From contig OZ246419.1 in the NCBI GenBank assembly GCA_965231135.1, positions 641,488 through 705,487 of the forward strand: a stretch of 64,000 nt of DNA, read 5' to 3'. The notes below the pieces were generated by a model, which searched no databases, was not told where the DNA came from, and saw only the letters and a program-made list of their open reading frames with translations. Source of the DNA: an uncultured Gammaproteobacteria bacterium. Its GTDB lineage: Bacteria; Patescibacteriota; Microgenomatia; UBA8517. Positions 50,525 to 60,172 of this stretch are shown in pieces; position 1 is the stretch's first letter, and every line of letters begins with the position of its first letter. Made by a program: the position numbers and the translations under genes.

Positions 50525-51022
50525 TTAGCTTGAGGGGGGCATGCGGGTTTCTACATTCTGCTGATTTCGCTTTTTTACCATTCCGGTAATCATTCCTCTT
50601 GCCTTTTTGCTTATTATTTGAGGAATTCCAGATTCTTTTTTAGAACTTTCTTCCTGTAATTTTCTGTTTTCCATCACTTCTATTTGTGCTTTTAAAACTT
50701 CACGCTGTTCATGGCCTAATTCATTAATATAATTTTCCAGATAAACAGTTTCTCCACCTGCAATCTTTCTCTGCAGTTCTTTAAATAAATTTTCTCTTTT
50801 GATTTCATTTAATTCTTGTTTGTATTCATTAAGAAAACTTAAGTTTTTTGGTCTTTGTCCTTCGACTTCTTTTGGTCGCTCAGGATCTCCGGGTTTCTTT
50901 TCATCCTGAGGGCTTGGCATAATTTGCTCCCCTGCTGTTTTTAAGACTTCGTTTGATTCGCGGGCAACAAGTTTCGCTGCATTAATTGCGATTTGTTTAC
51001 TGCTTTGTGGCAAGCTTGTCAT
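50525..51022 (-). CDS. Hypothetical charged protein
   Basis: 165-aa ORF. Confidence 0.35.
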   Translation of the reverse strand: MTSLPQSSKQIAINAAKLVARESNEVLKTAGEQIMPSPQDEKKPGDPERPKEVEGQRPKNLSFLNEYKQELNEIKRENLFKELQRKIAGGETVYLENYINELGHEQREVLKAQIEVMENRKLQEESSKKESGIPQIISKKARGMITGMVKKRNQQNVETRMPPSS

Positions 51023-51629
51023 AAATAAAAAATAAAATAAAAGTTCCTATTAAGGATAAAGCGCCGACCACAATAAATAAATTGGCAAAACCAAGGCTCT
51101 CTGCCAGAACTCCACCAATTAACGCAGCGGCCGCACTTCCCAATTGCCAAAGAGTCGCTGACAAGCTCCAGGCAAACGATTCTTTGTCGCCCACCATGTT
51201 TCTGGTAAAAATTCCCGTCCATGCAGGATATGCTGCACCGCTTCCAATTCCATAAAGAAGCGAAATTATATAAATATGAAGCGGAGTTTTGGCAATTACA
51301 TATAAAAATAAACTTAAACTCATTAATAAACTGCCAAAAAATAAAAACCAAAAATCTATTTTCTCGCCCTTAGTTTTATCAATTAAAATTCCAAGCGGAA
51401 TTTGGATTAAAGATTTTGTTGCTAAATAAATTGAATCAGACAAACCAACAACGACAAGAGTTCCCCCGATAATATTTTTGGTTAGAAAAATTGCAAAGAA
51501 AGGCGCAATTAAGCCATATGAAGAAATTAAAATAAAGTCTGAGAAAACCAAAATATAAATTATTTTATTTAACGATAAAAGATCTTTGAAATCTGGAAGT
51601 TTGGGCAAAAATAATTTTACTGCCTTCAT
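50997..51629 (-). CDS. 6-TM MFS-like half-transporter
   Basis: 210 aa resembling one half of an MFS fold; overlaps the recR stop. Confidence 0.45.
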   Translation of the reverse strand: MKAVKLFLPKLPDFKDLLSLNKIIYILVFSDFILISSYGLIAPFFAIFLTKNIIGGTLVVVGLSDSIYLATKSLIQIPLGILIDKTKGEKIDFWFLFFGSLLMSLSLFLYVIAKTPLHIYIISLLYGIGSGAAYPAWTGIFTRNMVGDKESFAWSLSATLWQLGSAAAALIGGVLAESLGFANLFIVVGALSLIGTFILFFIYDKLATKQ

Positions 51630-52240
51630 AATTCTCGACGGCCGGCAAGTGCTTGAGTTAAGGTCAAATCATCCGCAAAACCCAAATCTGCTCCTGTAGG
51701 AATTCCCATACCTAGTCGCGTCACTAAAATTTTATCATTTATATCTTTCAACTTACCACCAATATACATTGCTGTTGCATCACCTTCCATTGTTGGATTA
51801 GTCGCGATAATAACTTCTTTGACGGTATGACCATTGGTCGCTTTGGTGCGTTTAAGTAATGCATCAATATATAATTCGTCGGGGCCAATATTTTCCAGGG
51901 GATTAATGGCGCCGTGTAATACATGATAAAGGCCGTCGTATTTTCCGCCACGCTCAAAAACTAAAATATCAAAAGGCTCTTCAACGACTAAAATTTTTGA
52001 TTGGTCACGCTTATCATCAGCACAAATTGGGCAAGGATTTGTTTCTGAAACATTTTTGCAAATATCACAAACTTTTGTTAATTTTTTTAAATTAGTTAGA
52101 GAATCTGCAAAGAATTGTATTTCGCTTTGAGGAACACGAAGCATATAAAAAGTTAATCGCTCGGCAGTTTTCGGGCCAACTCCTGGCAGCTTTTCAAAAG
52201 ACTCAATTAGATCTGATAGTGGTTTTGCGATTTTGGGCAC
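51626..52240 (-). CDS. recR: Recombination protein RecR
   Basis: HhH GVGPKTAERL, C4 zinc finger CDICKN...CPIC, Toprim. Confidence 0.9.
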   Translation of the reverse strand: MPKIAKPLSDLIESFEKLPGVGPKTAERLTFYMLRVPQSEIQFFADSLTNLKKLTKVCDICKNVSETNPCPICADDKRDQSKILVVEEPFDILVFERGGKYDGLYHVLHGAINPLENIGPDELYIDALLKRTKATNGHTVKEVIIATNPTMEGDATAMYIGGKLKDINDKILVTRLGMGIPTGADLGFADDLTLTQALAGRREL

Positions 52241-52262
52241 AAATTATTTTAACAGAATGTTG

Positions 52263-52308
52263 TTGACAATGTAAAAATAAGTTATATATTTGCATTACAT
52301 TGTGTCAA
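52263..52308. promoter_or_regulatory. Inverted repeat TTGACAATGTAA-N20-TTACATTGTGTCAA with an embedded TTGACA/TATATAT promoter-like element, in the divergent recR / 52290 region
   Basis: Read directly from the sequence. Confidence 0.35.
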
Positions 52309-53282
52309 AAGAGATTCTCTCACAAGAATTTTTAAAACATGCCTCAATTGCCCTTCTTGTTTCGACTTTAACTTTTGGATTTATTAACGAAACTCATGCT
52401 GATCTTTCGCCAGAAAATTGTAGTTCTCTTCTTTCTCCAAACCTTCCTCAAAAAGGAGAAGCTGAAGTTGTTATTCCTTCGTTAGATGTACGAGATGGCA
52501 ATTTGAACATTGTTGGCCAGTTACAAGAAGGAGATAAAATAAACATAATTTACGGCCCTATTTGCATGACAACAAAAGATGAAGGTTCTTTGAATTTTTA
52601 TGAAACAAATTACGGACAGTATGTTCCTGATGCTGATAATTCTCATTATTTTTTACAAGATGCAAACCCTCAATCAGAAATTCCGACAGCTATTGCAAAT
52701 AATATTCAAGATCAACAACCTGAAGGGATTGATTGTCCTGCAGAAAGAGACGGAAATTTGTTTGTAATGACAGAAAACGAACCAGTTATTCCACACATAA
52801 CAAATAGTAAGCTTGAAGAAGTGTTAAATGTGATTGCCGAATCTCGTGCTAATTTAGGAAAATCCCATTATGATGAGACAGTTTTGGGTTTTTATACAAA
52901 TCTTGATGACCTGACAAAAGCTGCAGGTTTTAATATTGGGAAATCTTGGGATTACATTCATTCTTTTAGAACTGTTGTTTATTCGTGGTCTGATAAAAAA
53001 TGCAGTTTTGATGAAATAACTAATAAAGGTGTAAATTTTGTTATGATAAAAATCCCTTATTCACCAAATTCCAATTCAGGCAATCTTTCGGCCATATATT
53101 TTGAATTATTAGAGAGAGAATTTGCAAATACCATTCCTACAGTTAATGATGGACCGATTGCAAACAACGAAGAAGAAATTGGCAGAAACGCTTATTTACG
53201 AAGTTGTGGAAAAATATCTTCTGATAGCGCTTCAGCAAGTGAATGCAGACAAATTTCCAATATTATTTATAGTAGCAATTAA
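52290..53282 (+). CDS. Secreted hypothetical protein
   Basis: Signal-like N-terminus; 330 aa; inserted between ybaB and recR on the opposite strand. Confidence 0.45.
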   Translation: MHYIVSKEILSQEFLKHASIALLVSTLTFGFINETHADLSPENCSSLLSPNLPQKGEAEVVIPSLDVRDGNLNIVGQLQEGDKINIIYGPICMTTKDEGSLNFYETNYGQYVPDADNSHYFLQDANPQSEIPTAIANNIQDQQPEGIDCPAERDGNLFVMTENEPVIPHITNSKLEEVLNVIAESRANLGKSHYDETVLGFYTNLDDLTKAAGFNIGKSWDYIHSFRTVVYSWSDKKCSFDEITNKGVNFVMIKIPYSPNSNSGNLSAIYFELLEREFANTIPTVNDGPIANNEEEIGRNAYLRSCGKISSDSASASECRQISNIIYSSN

Positions 53283-53563
53283 AATCCCTTGAGAAGATTT
53301 GAGAGCCCGCCTTCTTCCATCATTTTTTTTGCACTGTCTTTTTGAACGTTATCAAGAGCTTCATTAATTGCCTTGACTAATTCAGGTTGTGCTTCGCCAT
53401 CCATTTCAATATATTCAACTTTTTGATCTCCTGTTACTTTAATAGTCCATTTGCCTTTTTTTAAGGTATGACTAATCGCTTTAAGTTTTTTTTGCATCTC
53501 AAGAGCTTGAGATCGCATTTTTCTTAATTCATTTAATTGTCCTATTTGATCAAACGGTCCCAT
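53279..53563 (-). CDS. ybaB: Nucleoid-associated protein YbaB/EbfC
   Basis: 94 aa; GQLNELRKMRSQALEMQKKLKA...VTG is typical of YbaB; dnaX context. Confidence 0.85.
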   Translation of the reverse strand: MGPFDQIGQLNELRKMRSQALEMQKKLKAISHTLKKGKWTIKVTGDQKVEYIEMDGEAQPELVKAINEALDNVQKDSAKKMMEEGGLSNLLKGF

Positions 53564-53570
53564 ATTTTAT

Positions 53571-53702
53571 TTATTGTGTATCAAACAATCTGCTTGCTGC
53601 GTGATTTGCAATATATGTTTGATTTTTAACTGCAAAAATCACCAGTACCAGAGAAATAATTAAACAGAATAAGATAATAATATAGAGCAGTTTTTTATTC
53701 AT
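53571..53702 (-). CDS. Unlisted 43-aa single-TM peptide (MNKKLLYIIILFCLIISLVLVIFAVKNQTYIANHAASRLFDTQ)
   Basis: Hand-translated from the minus strand between dnaX and ybaB; below the track cutoff. Confidence 0.3.
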   Translation of the reverse strand: MNKKLLYIIILFCLIISLVLVIFAVKNQTYIANHAASRLFDTQ

Positions 53703-53713
53703 CTAAAATTTCT

Positions 53714-55219
53714 TTATCCAAAGATCTCTTTGGCTGCATCAATTATATCTTTGTCTACTTTTGGCGTCAAATCCGGTTTTGATAGATTTGTTTCTTCAAT
53801 TTTTCTTGCTATTTTTGGTTTTTCAAGTAACTCTAAATTTATTTTTATGGAATCTATACCAAAAGTCTCAACACAAACTTTTTCAAGAACTATTTTGTTT
53901 TTATTTTCTTCAAGTTTATCCTTATGAAACTGATAATAAACTCCAAGATTCAAAACATTTCCGTCATATCCAAGAGGCTTTGCAGCGCGAAGAAGAGCTT
54001 CAATACCAAAATTTTTATTGCGAGAGTTTTCGATTAACTTTGCCCAGGTTGTTTCATCCAAAGACTTTAAGGCAACTTTTTTTCCTTCGACTCCCCGTTC
54101 GACTTCGCTCAGGGTTCGCTCAGGATTTTCAATTTTTGGTTCAGTTTTTATTTCAATTAATGGTTTTTTAATTTTTTTTTCTTCAGCAGGTTCTGATTTT
54201 TGTTCACCACAAAATTTTATAATTGCGATTTCAAAGGGAAGATGATTTATTGGAGAATTCTGGATTAAACTTTCTGAAATTAAATTATTTAAATTAATTA
54301 ATTCTTCAAGAGAAAAATTGGCAAGATTATCTTCTCCTAAATTATTTTTTCCTAAAATACTTTGATGAATATTTTCTAAAATTTCTGTTGTTAAATTTTT
54401 AATTTGTCCGCCGTTTTTAATAAAATTTTCTATAAACTCTAAAATATTTTTGGTATTTCTTGTTTCTAATATTTGGAAAAATTCTAAAGAGCTATTTGCT
54501 GAAGTTTGAAATAAATTATCGACATCAGCTTCTTTAATATCTTTAGTTTTAAAACTTAAGGTTTCTAAAATTTTTACAGCGTCTCTGAAACTTCCGTCTG
54601 CAAACTTACTTATTTTTTCAATTGCTTTATCTTCAATTTTTATATTTTCTCCTTTTGCTACACGATTTAATTGGCGAGAGATATCTTTTACTGAAGCTTT
54701 TGTAAAATTAATTTGAGTCAATCTTGAGATAACGGTTTGAGGAAGTTTTTCAGGATTTGTTGTTGCTAAAATAAAAATAACATGGGCAGGAGGTTCTTCT
54801 AATGTTTTTAAAAATGCATTTGCTGCTTCTAAAGTAAGCATGTGAGCTTCATCAATAATATAAATTTTTTTCTTTGAAGAAACTGGAGCAAGATAAACTC
54901 CTTCTTTTAGGGCGCGGATGTCGTCAATTCCGCGATTGCTTGCAGCATCTAATTCAATAATATCCATACTATTTCCATTTGTAATTGATAAACAAGAAGT
55001 ACAAGAGTTACACGGCTCGCCGTCTTTAGTGAGATTAGTGCAATTTATTATTTTTGCTAAAATGCGAGCGGCTGAAGTTTTTCCAGTTCCTTTTGGGCCT
55101 GAAAATAAAAATGCATGAGGAATGTTTCCTGAAGATAAAATATTTTTTAAATTAGTCCGGACTGATTCTAAATCAAGTTCATCAAGAGTTTGAGGACGAT
55201 ATTTAAGATATAAAGTCAT
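53714..55219 (-). CDS. dnaX: DNA polymerase III subunits gamma/tau
   Basis: Walker A GPKGTGKTSAARILAK, Zn module CNSCTSC, SRC-like motif. Confidence 0.9.
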   Translation of the reverse strand: MTLYLKYRPQTLDELDLESVRTNLKNILSSGNIPHAFLFSGPKGTGKTSAARILAKIINCTNLTKDGEPCNSCTSCLSITNGNSMDIIELDAASNRGIDDIRALKEGVYLAPVSSKKKIYIIDEAHMLTLEAANAFLKTLEEPPAHVIFILATTNPEKLPQTVISRLTQINFTKASVKDISRQLNRVAKGENIKIEDKAIEKISKFADGSFRDAVKILETLSFKTKDIKEADVDNLFQTSANSSLEFFQILETRNTKNILEFIENFIKNGGQIKNLTTEILENIHQSILGKNNLGEDNLANFSLEELINLNNLISESLIQNSPINHLPFEIAIIKFCGEQKSEPAEEKKIKKPLIEIKTEPKIENPERTLSEVERGVEGKKVALKSLDETTWAKLIENSRNKNFGIEALLRAAKPLGYDGNVLNLGVYYQFHKDKLEENKNKIVLEKVCVETFGIDSIKINLELLEKPKIARKIEETNLSKPDLTPKVDKDIIDAAKEIFG

Positions 55220-55271
55220 TTGAGATTCAAGTTAACACTTAAAAGTTTTTTGGTAAAGAGATCTAAAGACG

Positions 55272-55640
55272 TCAATTTACTTTTTCAAAAATTGTATCCA
55301 GAAAATCGCGAAACACATCCAAGTCTTCTCCTTCCAGTTTAAATGACGCGCTAGAAAAATGCCTTGCGACTATAAATATTGATCTTTTATTTGGGCCATA
55401 TATAGGTAAATTCAGATAAATCATTCCCATTTCTTGAAGTTCTTCTAGAATTTCTTTTGGGGCAAACCACTCGTATTCTCCTTCGCCAAGGTCCAGCAAG
55501 ACTGCGCAAGGAGTGTTCTGCTGCAAATATTCAGCTGCCTTTATATCAAGAAGGTATTTGGTTGGATGGTCATCCAATTTCATCAATGCAGCACGAATAT
55601 TTTCGGTCATCAATGATGGATTCCTACTAAGTGCAGGCAT
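55272..55640 (-). CDS. Hypothetical protein
   Basis: 122-aa ORF. Confidence 0.35.
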   Translation of the reverse strand: MPALSRNPSLMTENIRAALMKLDDHPTKYLLDIKAAEYLQQNTPCAVLLDLGEGEYEWFAPKEILEELQEMGMIYLNLPIYGPNKRSIFIVARHFSSASFKLEGEDLDVFRDFLDTIFEKVN

Positions 55641-55993
55641 CCGTGTTCAACTAATTCCCCAACTAAATCATCTATCAATTTATTTTTTTCGTTTGCTTCT
55701 TCTAAAACAAACGGGTAACTTATTACTATTTGCCCTAAATGAATTTTTCCATCTGGAGGAAATTCAAAATTACCATCCTGCAAACTTTCCGGAAAAGTAA
55801 AAATTGGATGCTCGTAAACTTCGTCTTTGTAATATTTTTCGTTTAATTCGTCCATTTTTTCTTTGCCAACAATTGAAATTTCAAGTTCTGAATCAGATAT
55901 GATTCCATTTGCTTCCAAAGTTTTAGTGGCAATTTCTTTGATTTTTTTGGTCGAAACAGGATAATTGCCTTTTGTTACAGTGATTTCAATCAT
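55610..55993 (-). CDS. ybeY: rRNA maturation endoribonuclease YbeY
   Basis: C-terminal HGCLHLVGIHH matches the HGxLHLxGxDH zinc motif. Confidence 0.8.
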   Translation of the reverse strand: MIEITVTKGNYPVSTKKIKEIATKTLEANGIISDSELEISIVGKEKMDELNEKYYKDEVYEHPIFTFPESLQDGNFEFPPDGKIHLGQIVISYPFVLEEANEKNKLIDDLVGELVEHGCLHLVGIHH

Positions 55994-56434
55994 TTATATT
56001 GAGAGTTTTTGCTTGACTATAATTGAGACGCGGGCGCCGTCTGCATTTCCTTTTGATTTTTCGCGAACCAAACTCATAACTTTTCCCATATCTTTAATAT
56101 CTTTTGCACCGGACTCTGCAATTGCTTCATCGACAAATTGTTGCAATTCCTGATCTGTTAATTCTGCTGGCAAAAATTCTTTTAAGATTTTTAATTCATT
56201 TACTTCAGTGTCAGCTTTGTCTTGTAATCCTGCCTTTAGATAGCTTTCTATTGCATCTCTTCTTTTCTTAGCTTCTTTTTTAACAACATCAAGTTCTTCT
56301 TCGTTCGTCATATTTGGATGGTCAATTTGGAAATTGTGAATTTCTGCAGACAAAAGTTTTAAGGTTGAAACACGCACTTCATCGTGCGCTTTCATTGCCT
56401 CAACTATTTGATTATTTAAATTATCTATAATCAT
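55994..56434 (-). CDS. GatB/YqeY-domain protein
   Basis: 146 aa; YqeY-like helical sequence throughout. Confidence 0.75.
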   Translation of the reverse strand: MIIDNLNNQIVEAMKAHDEVRVSTLKLLSAEIHNFQIDHPNMTNEEELDVVKKEAKKRRDAIESYLKAGLQDKADTEVNELKILKEFLPAELTDQELQQFVDEAIAESGAKDIKDMGKVMSLVREKSKGNADGARVSIIVKQKLSI

Positions 56435-56646
56435 TTTAGTTCGCTTCTTTTTTGATATTCTCTTTGTAAATCTTCTAATCTTTGCTCATCTTTAATATTT
56501 TCAGATATAATTTGGGCTTCTGTATCTTGCGGCGAACCAAAATTGATTGGTAATTGTGAAATTACAGCGCCAGCGCCAGCTGCTACTAAAGAGCCACCAA
56601 TAATAAATAAAAAATCTCTTCTAGAAATGTTTCTTCTAATTTCCAT
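56431..56646 (-). CDS. 71-aa protein with a twin-arginine-like signal (SRRDFLF + hydrophobic/Gly-Ala core)
   Basis: MEIRRNISRRDFLFIIGGSLVAAGAGA... ; 4-nt overlap with the downstream gene. Confidence 0.35.
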   Translation of the reverse strand: MEIRRNISRRDFLFIIGGSLVAAGAGAVISQLPINFGSPQDTEAQIISENIKDEQRLEDLQREYQKRSELK

Positions 56647-56648
56647 AT

Positions 56649-56999
56649 TTATATTTTGCTTTCCGCTTTATTATTATGATCTAATTCACGACCTGCAAGC
56701 AAATGCCAATGAATATGAGGAACTGATTGGTATTTTCCTCCATTAAAAATTAATTTATAACCTCCTGATAAATTTTTATCAGTTATCATTTTTTGTGCAG
56801 CTTTACACATTTGCATAAAAACATCTTTATGTTTTTCTTCAAGATCCATAAAACTTGTAATATGAATTTTGGGAATAATTAAGAGATGAGTACTTGTAGC
56901 TGGCTCGATGCTAGCAAAAACGGCTACAGAATCGTTTTCAAATTTAATATTAGACTTTGCTTCATGATTTGCAATTTTACAAAAAATACAATCAGACAT
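56649..56999 (-). CDS. HIT-family (histidine triad) protein
   Basis: HIHWHLL HIT motif. Confidence 0.85.
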   Translation of the reverse strand: MSDCIFCKIANHEAKSNIKFENDSVAVFASIEPATSTHLLIIPKIHITSFMDLEEKHKDVFMQMCKAAQKMITDKNLSGGYKLIFNGGKYQSVPHIHWHLLAGRELDHNNKAESKI

Positions 57000-57062
57000 G
57001 AAGATATTATAACATTACATCTTGCATATATAAATTAATTTTTAATGAGATAATATATACAT

Positions 57063-57779
57063 ATGTCTGATGCTGTTGTTGAACAAGAAAATAGTAACTT
57101 AACAAACAAGGATATTGTTGAATGGTTAAAACCCAGACAATCGAAGTTTTCTCAAGCTTTACAAGAATTTGCAAGAAAAAGTGAATATTTTGGATTCCAA
57201 AAAGTTGAAGCGGCATCGAATTATCCGCGTATTTTTCAAGGAAGAACAAGAGTTCCAGATTTTTTTAAAAGGCCAACTAAACCTAATCAAGGAGAATTTA
57301 CAGGATCTGGACTTTGTGGTATTGCGAGTGGTGTTTTAGAAAGAGCTTTAATTGACAAATATGGACAGAATATTGATGTCATTCCCTTTTTAGTAAGAAC
57401 AGATGATTTGGATATCGATACCGGGAAAAGCATTGAAGAAGGTTTTGAACCGCATGCTCATACTGTTTTAGTGTTTAAAACTCAAAAGGAAAATGATTGG
57501 TATCTTATTGATTCAACTTATAGACAATTTCAAATGAAAGTAAAGCCTGATAGGTTTGTAATAACTCCATTCGAAAACATTAACAAGCTTTATTCGTATG
57601 AAGATATTATTAAAAGGAGTGGTTGGAAGCAAAATCTTAATTCGAGTCCGTATGCTCCTCAACCAATCCAGCGTAATTATTTATATCAGTATTTCTCCAG
57701 AGAAATAGCTGGCAAGACCAGTGGTTTTGATAAGGTAAGTAGACAAGATTACGACAAATTATTGGAAAGTTTAAATTAG
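57063..57779 (+). CDS. Hypothetical protein with a possible Cys-His-Asp triad (papain/transglutaminase-like?)
   Basis: SGLCGIASG ... PHAHTVLVF ... WYLIDSTY spacing; weak. Confidence 0.35.
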   Translation: MSDAVVEQENSNLTNKDIVEWLKPRQSKFSQALQEFARKSEYFGFQKVEAASNYPRIFQGRTRVPDFFKRPTKPNQGEFTGSGLCGIASGVLERALIDKYGQNIDVIPFLVRTDDLDIDTGKSIEEGFEPHAHTVLVFKTQKENDWYLIDSTYRQFQMKVKPDRFVITPFENINKLYSYEDIIKRSGWKQNLNSSPYAPQPIQRNYLYQYFSREIAGKTSGFDKVSRQDYDKLLESLN

Positions 57780-59000
57780 TCTTTTAATTACTTCTTGTAA
57801 AGATAAGAGTTCGGTTTTGTCAGAACTTCTTTCTTTATATTCTATTTTTTCACCAGTTTTTTCTGAAACAACAAGTCTCACTGGAATTCCAATTAAATCG
57901 CTGTCTGCAAATTTTGCTCCAGCTCCCGTTTCCCTATCGTCCCATAAAACTTCAATATTATTTTCCTGCAACTCGTCATAAATTTTTTTAATATTTTTTG
58001 CTCCTGGAAGCTCGATTAAATGCACATGAAACGGCGCGACACTAGCTGGCCAGATTATTCCTTTATCGTCATGGAATTTTTCAACAATAACTCCCATAAC
58101 TCGAGTTATTCCAATCCCGTATGATCCCAAAATTACCGGTTTTTTATTTCCTAATGCGTCCGTGAAATATAAATCCAAGCTTTCTGATTTTGCTCCTCCA
58201 AAACTAAAGATATTTCCAACTTCTGCAGTTTTTACTTCTTTTAAATCTTCTTTTTTGACTTCTAATTGTTTTAATACTTCATCGTTATAAACTTCCTTAT
58301 TTATTGCCAACTTCTTTTTGCGATCAAGATAGACAATATCCTCTCCTGCGTCGCAAATTGTTTGAAATTCGTGGCTAAACTGCGTAAATGCACCTCCTGA
58401 GGCAAAGGTGAAAAAAGTATCTTCGCCAATTCCCAGTCTTTCAAAAACTTTGTGATATGCGGCTGTTGCTGCATCATAAAATTTTTGATGTTCTTCATTA
58501 CTACTTGAATAAGAATACATATCATCCATTATAAATTCACGGCCGCGCATAATTCCGGACTTTGCTCGAAGTTCGTTTCTTAATTTGGTTTGAAACTGAT
58601 GAACATAAACCGGCAAATCTCTGTAACTATTTATGAAATTTCTCATCATGTCTGAAATTGGCTCTTCGTGAGACCAACCAAAACCAACTTCAACATCATT
58701 TTTTAATTTTGATTTAAACCAAACGTCAACTTTTTCATCATCCCATCTGTCTGTTTTTTCCCATAATTCTTTTCGTTGAAGAGTGGTCATAATAATTTCA
58801 ACCCCTCCTATTGCCGCCATTTCCTCTCTAACTATTTGTTTTATTTTCTCAATGACTTTCAGGCCAAGAGGTAAATAAGCATAAGCGCCTGCCATTTCTT
58901 TGTGGATGAATCCTGCCTTAATTAAAAGCTGAGCGTTAATTGAAGTTTCATCGCTTGGGAAATTTTTACTGGTTTTTGTAAAAAGCTTGCTTTGTTGCAT
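57771..59000 (-). CDS. proS: Prolyl-tRNA synthetase, short form without an editing domain
   Basis: Class II core and C-terminal anticodon-binding domain; 409 aa. Confidence 0.88.
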   Translation of the reverse strand: MQQSKLFTKTSKNFPSDETSINAQLLIKAGFIHKEMAGAYAYLPLGLKVIEKIKQIVREEMAAIGGVEIIMTTLQRKELWEKTDRWDDEKVDVWFKSKLKNDVEVGFGWSHEEPISDMMRNFINSYRDLPVYVHQFQTKLRNELRAKSGIMRGREFIMDDMYSYSSSNEEHQKFYDAATAAYHKVFERLGIGEDTFFTFASGGAFTQFSHEFQTICDAGEDIVYLDRKKKLAINKEVYNDEVLKQLEVKKEDLKEVKTAEVGNIFSFGGAKSESLDLYFTDALGNKKPVILGSYGIGITRVMGVIVEKFHDDKGIIWPASVAPFHVHLIELPGAKNIKKIYDELQENNIEVLWDDRETGAGAKFADSDLIGIPVRLVVSEKTGEKIEYKERSSDKTELLSLQEVIKRLI

Positions 59001-59019
59001 GAGCTATTTTAACACACAA

Positions 59020-60144
59020 TTACTTTTGGTTCAGAACTTGGTTGGCGTAATTATCAAGAGAACCGGCTTTAAAAACAGATGGTAATTCGTGCGTTGTAAT
59101 CAAAATTGAAAGTGCAATTAAAACAATAAAACCAAAAGTATAAACTCTCTCTTCCATTTTTGCAGTTAATTTCTTTTTAGTAATTGCCTCTGCGATAACA
59201 AGAGCGACACGGCTTCCATCAAGAGGCGGAAAAGGAATAAGATTTACAATTCCTAAATTGATTGAAACAACTGCTACAAAGCTAATCAATGTCCAAATAT
59301 CTTCTTCTGCAAGGCGCTTTGCAACTGCAATAATTCCAACCGGACCGGTAACATCTTTTGGAGCTTGGCCCTGACTGACGCTTTTTGCCGCACTTCCCAA
59401 ACCAAAGACAACAGCTTTTGTAACAGTTGCCGTTTCTTTAATTGCCTCCCAAAAACTTACAAAGGGCCTTTGCCAAACTGGTGCAAAATAATTTTCGTGG
59501 AAATCATCAAATGAAATTCCAAGTGAACCTTCGTCTGCTGGATAATTTATTCTTGGAGTTGCTTTGATATCAATTAATTTATTATTTCGATTCACTTCAA
59601 TATCAATTTCTTTTCCCTTATTGTTATTAATTTCATTTTTGAGATCATCTGTTGAATTAATATTTACATTATTAATTTTTTCAACTAAATCTCCCGATTT
59701 AATTCCAGAGATCGAAGCTGGAGAATTTGATGCAACATCCAAAATAATAAAATCTAATTTTGTCGAATTACTGGGGACTCCATTTACAAAAAAGATTACT
59801 GTAAAACAAATAATTGCCAGAATGAAATTCATAACAATTCCTGCAACAGTAATTAAAATTCGAGTCAATTTGCTTTTATTTGTAAAAGCTTTTGCAGGAT
59901 AAACCACTTGATCGCTTGCGGTTTCTCCGTGAAGACGGACAAATCCGCCAATTGGAAGCCAGTTAATTGAATAAATTGTATCGCCTATTTTTTTACCAAA
60001 AATCCGAGGAGGTAAGCCTAATCCAAATTCTTCAACCCAGACTCCGCTTCGTTTTGCGACCAAAAAATGCCCAAGTTCATGGAACATAATAAGAAGCGAG
60101 AAGGCAACAATAACTTTTATTGTAAGAATTAAAATAGCAAGCAT
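59020..60144 (-). CDS. rseP: RseP-type site-2 zinc metalloprotease with PDZ domain
   Basis: HELGHF, a PDZ domain, and the LDG motif (NLIPFPPLDGSRV). Confidence 0.85.
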   Translation of the reverse strand: MLAILILTIKVIVAFSLLIMFHELGHFLVAKRSGVWVEEFGLGLPPRIFGKKIGDTIYSINWLPIGGFVRLHGETASDQVVYPAKAFTNKSKLTRILITVAGIVMNFILAIICFTVIFFVNGVPSNSTKLDFIILDVASNSPASISGIKSGDLVEKINNVNINSTDDLKNEINNNKGKEIDIEVNRNNKLIDIKATPRINYPADEGSLGISFDDFHENYFAPVWQRPFVSFWEAIKETATVTKAVVFGLGSAAKSVSQGQAPKDVTGPVGIIAVAKRLAEEDIWTLISFVAVVSINLGIVNLIPFPPLDGSRVALVIAEAITKKKLTAKMEERVYTFGFIVLIALSILITTHELPSVFKAGSLDNYANQVLNQK

Positions 60145-60172
60145 GAATTATATTGTAACAGATGGATACTGA

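Noticed and set aside
50997-51629. MFS pseudogene fragment
   Set aside because: This could be a degraded half of an MFS gene, but it has an intact start, a coupled overlap with recR and no in-frame stops. It is kept as a possible functional 6-TM half-transporter.
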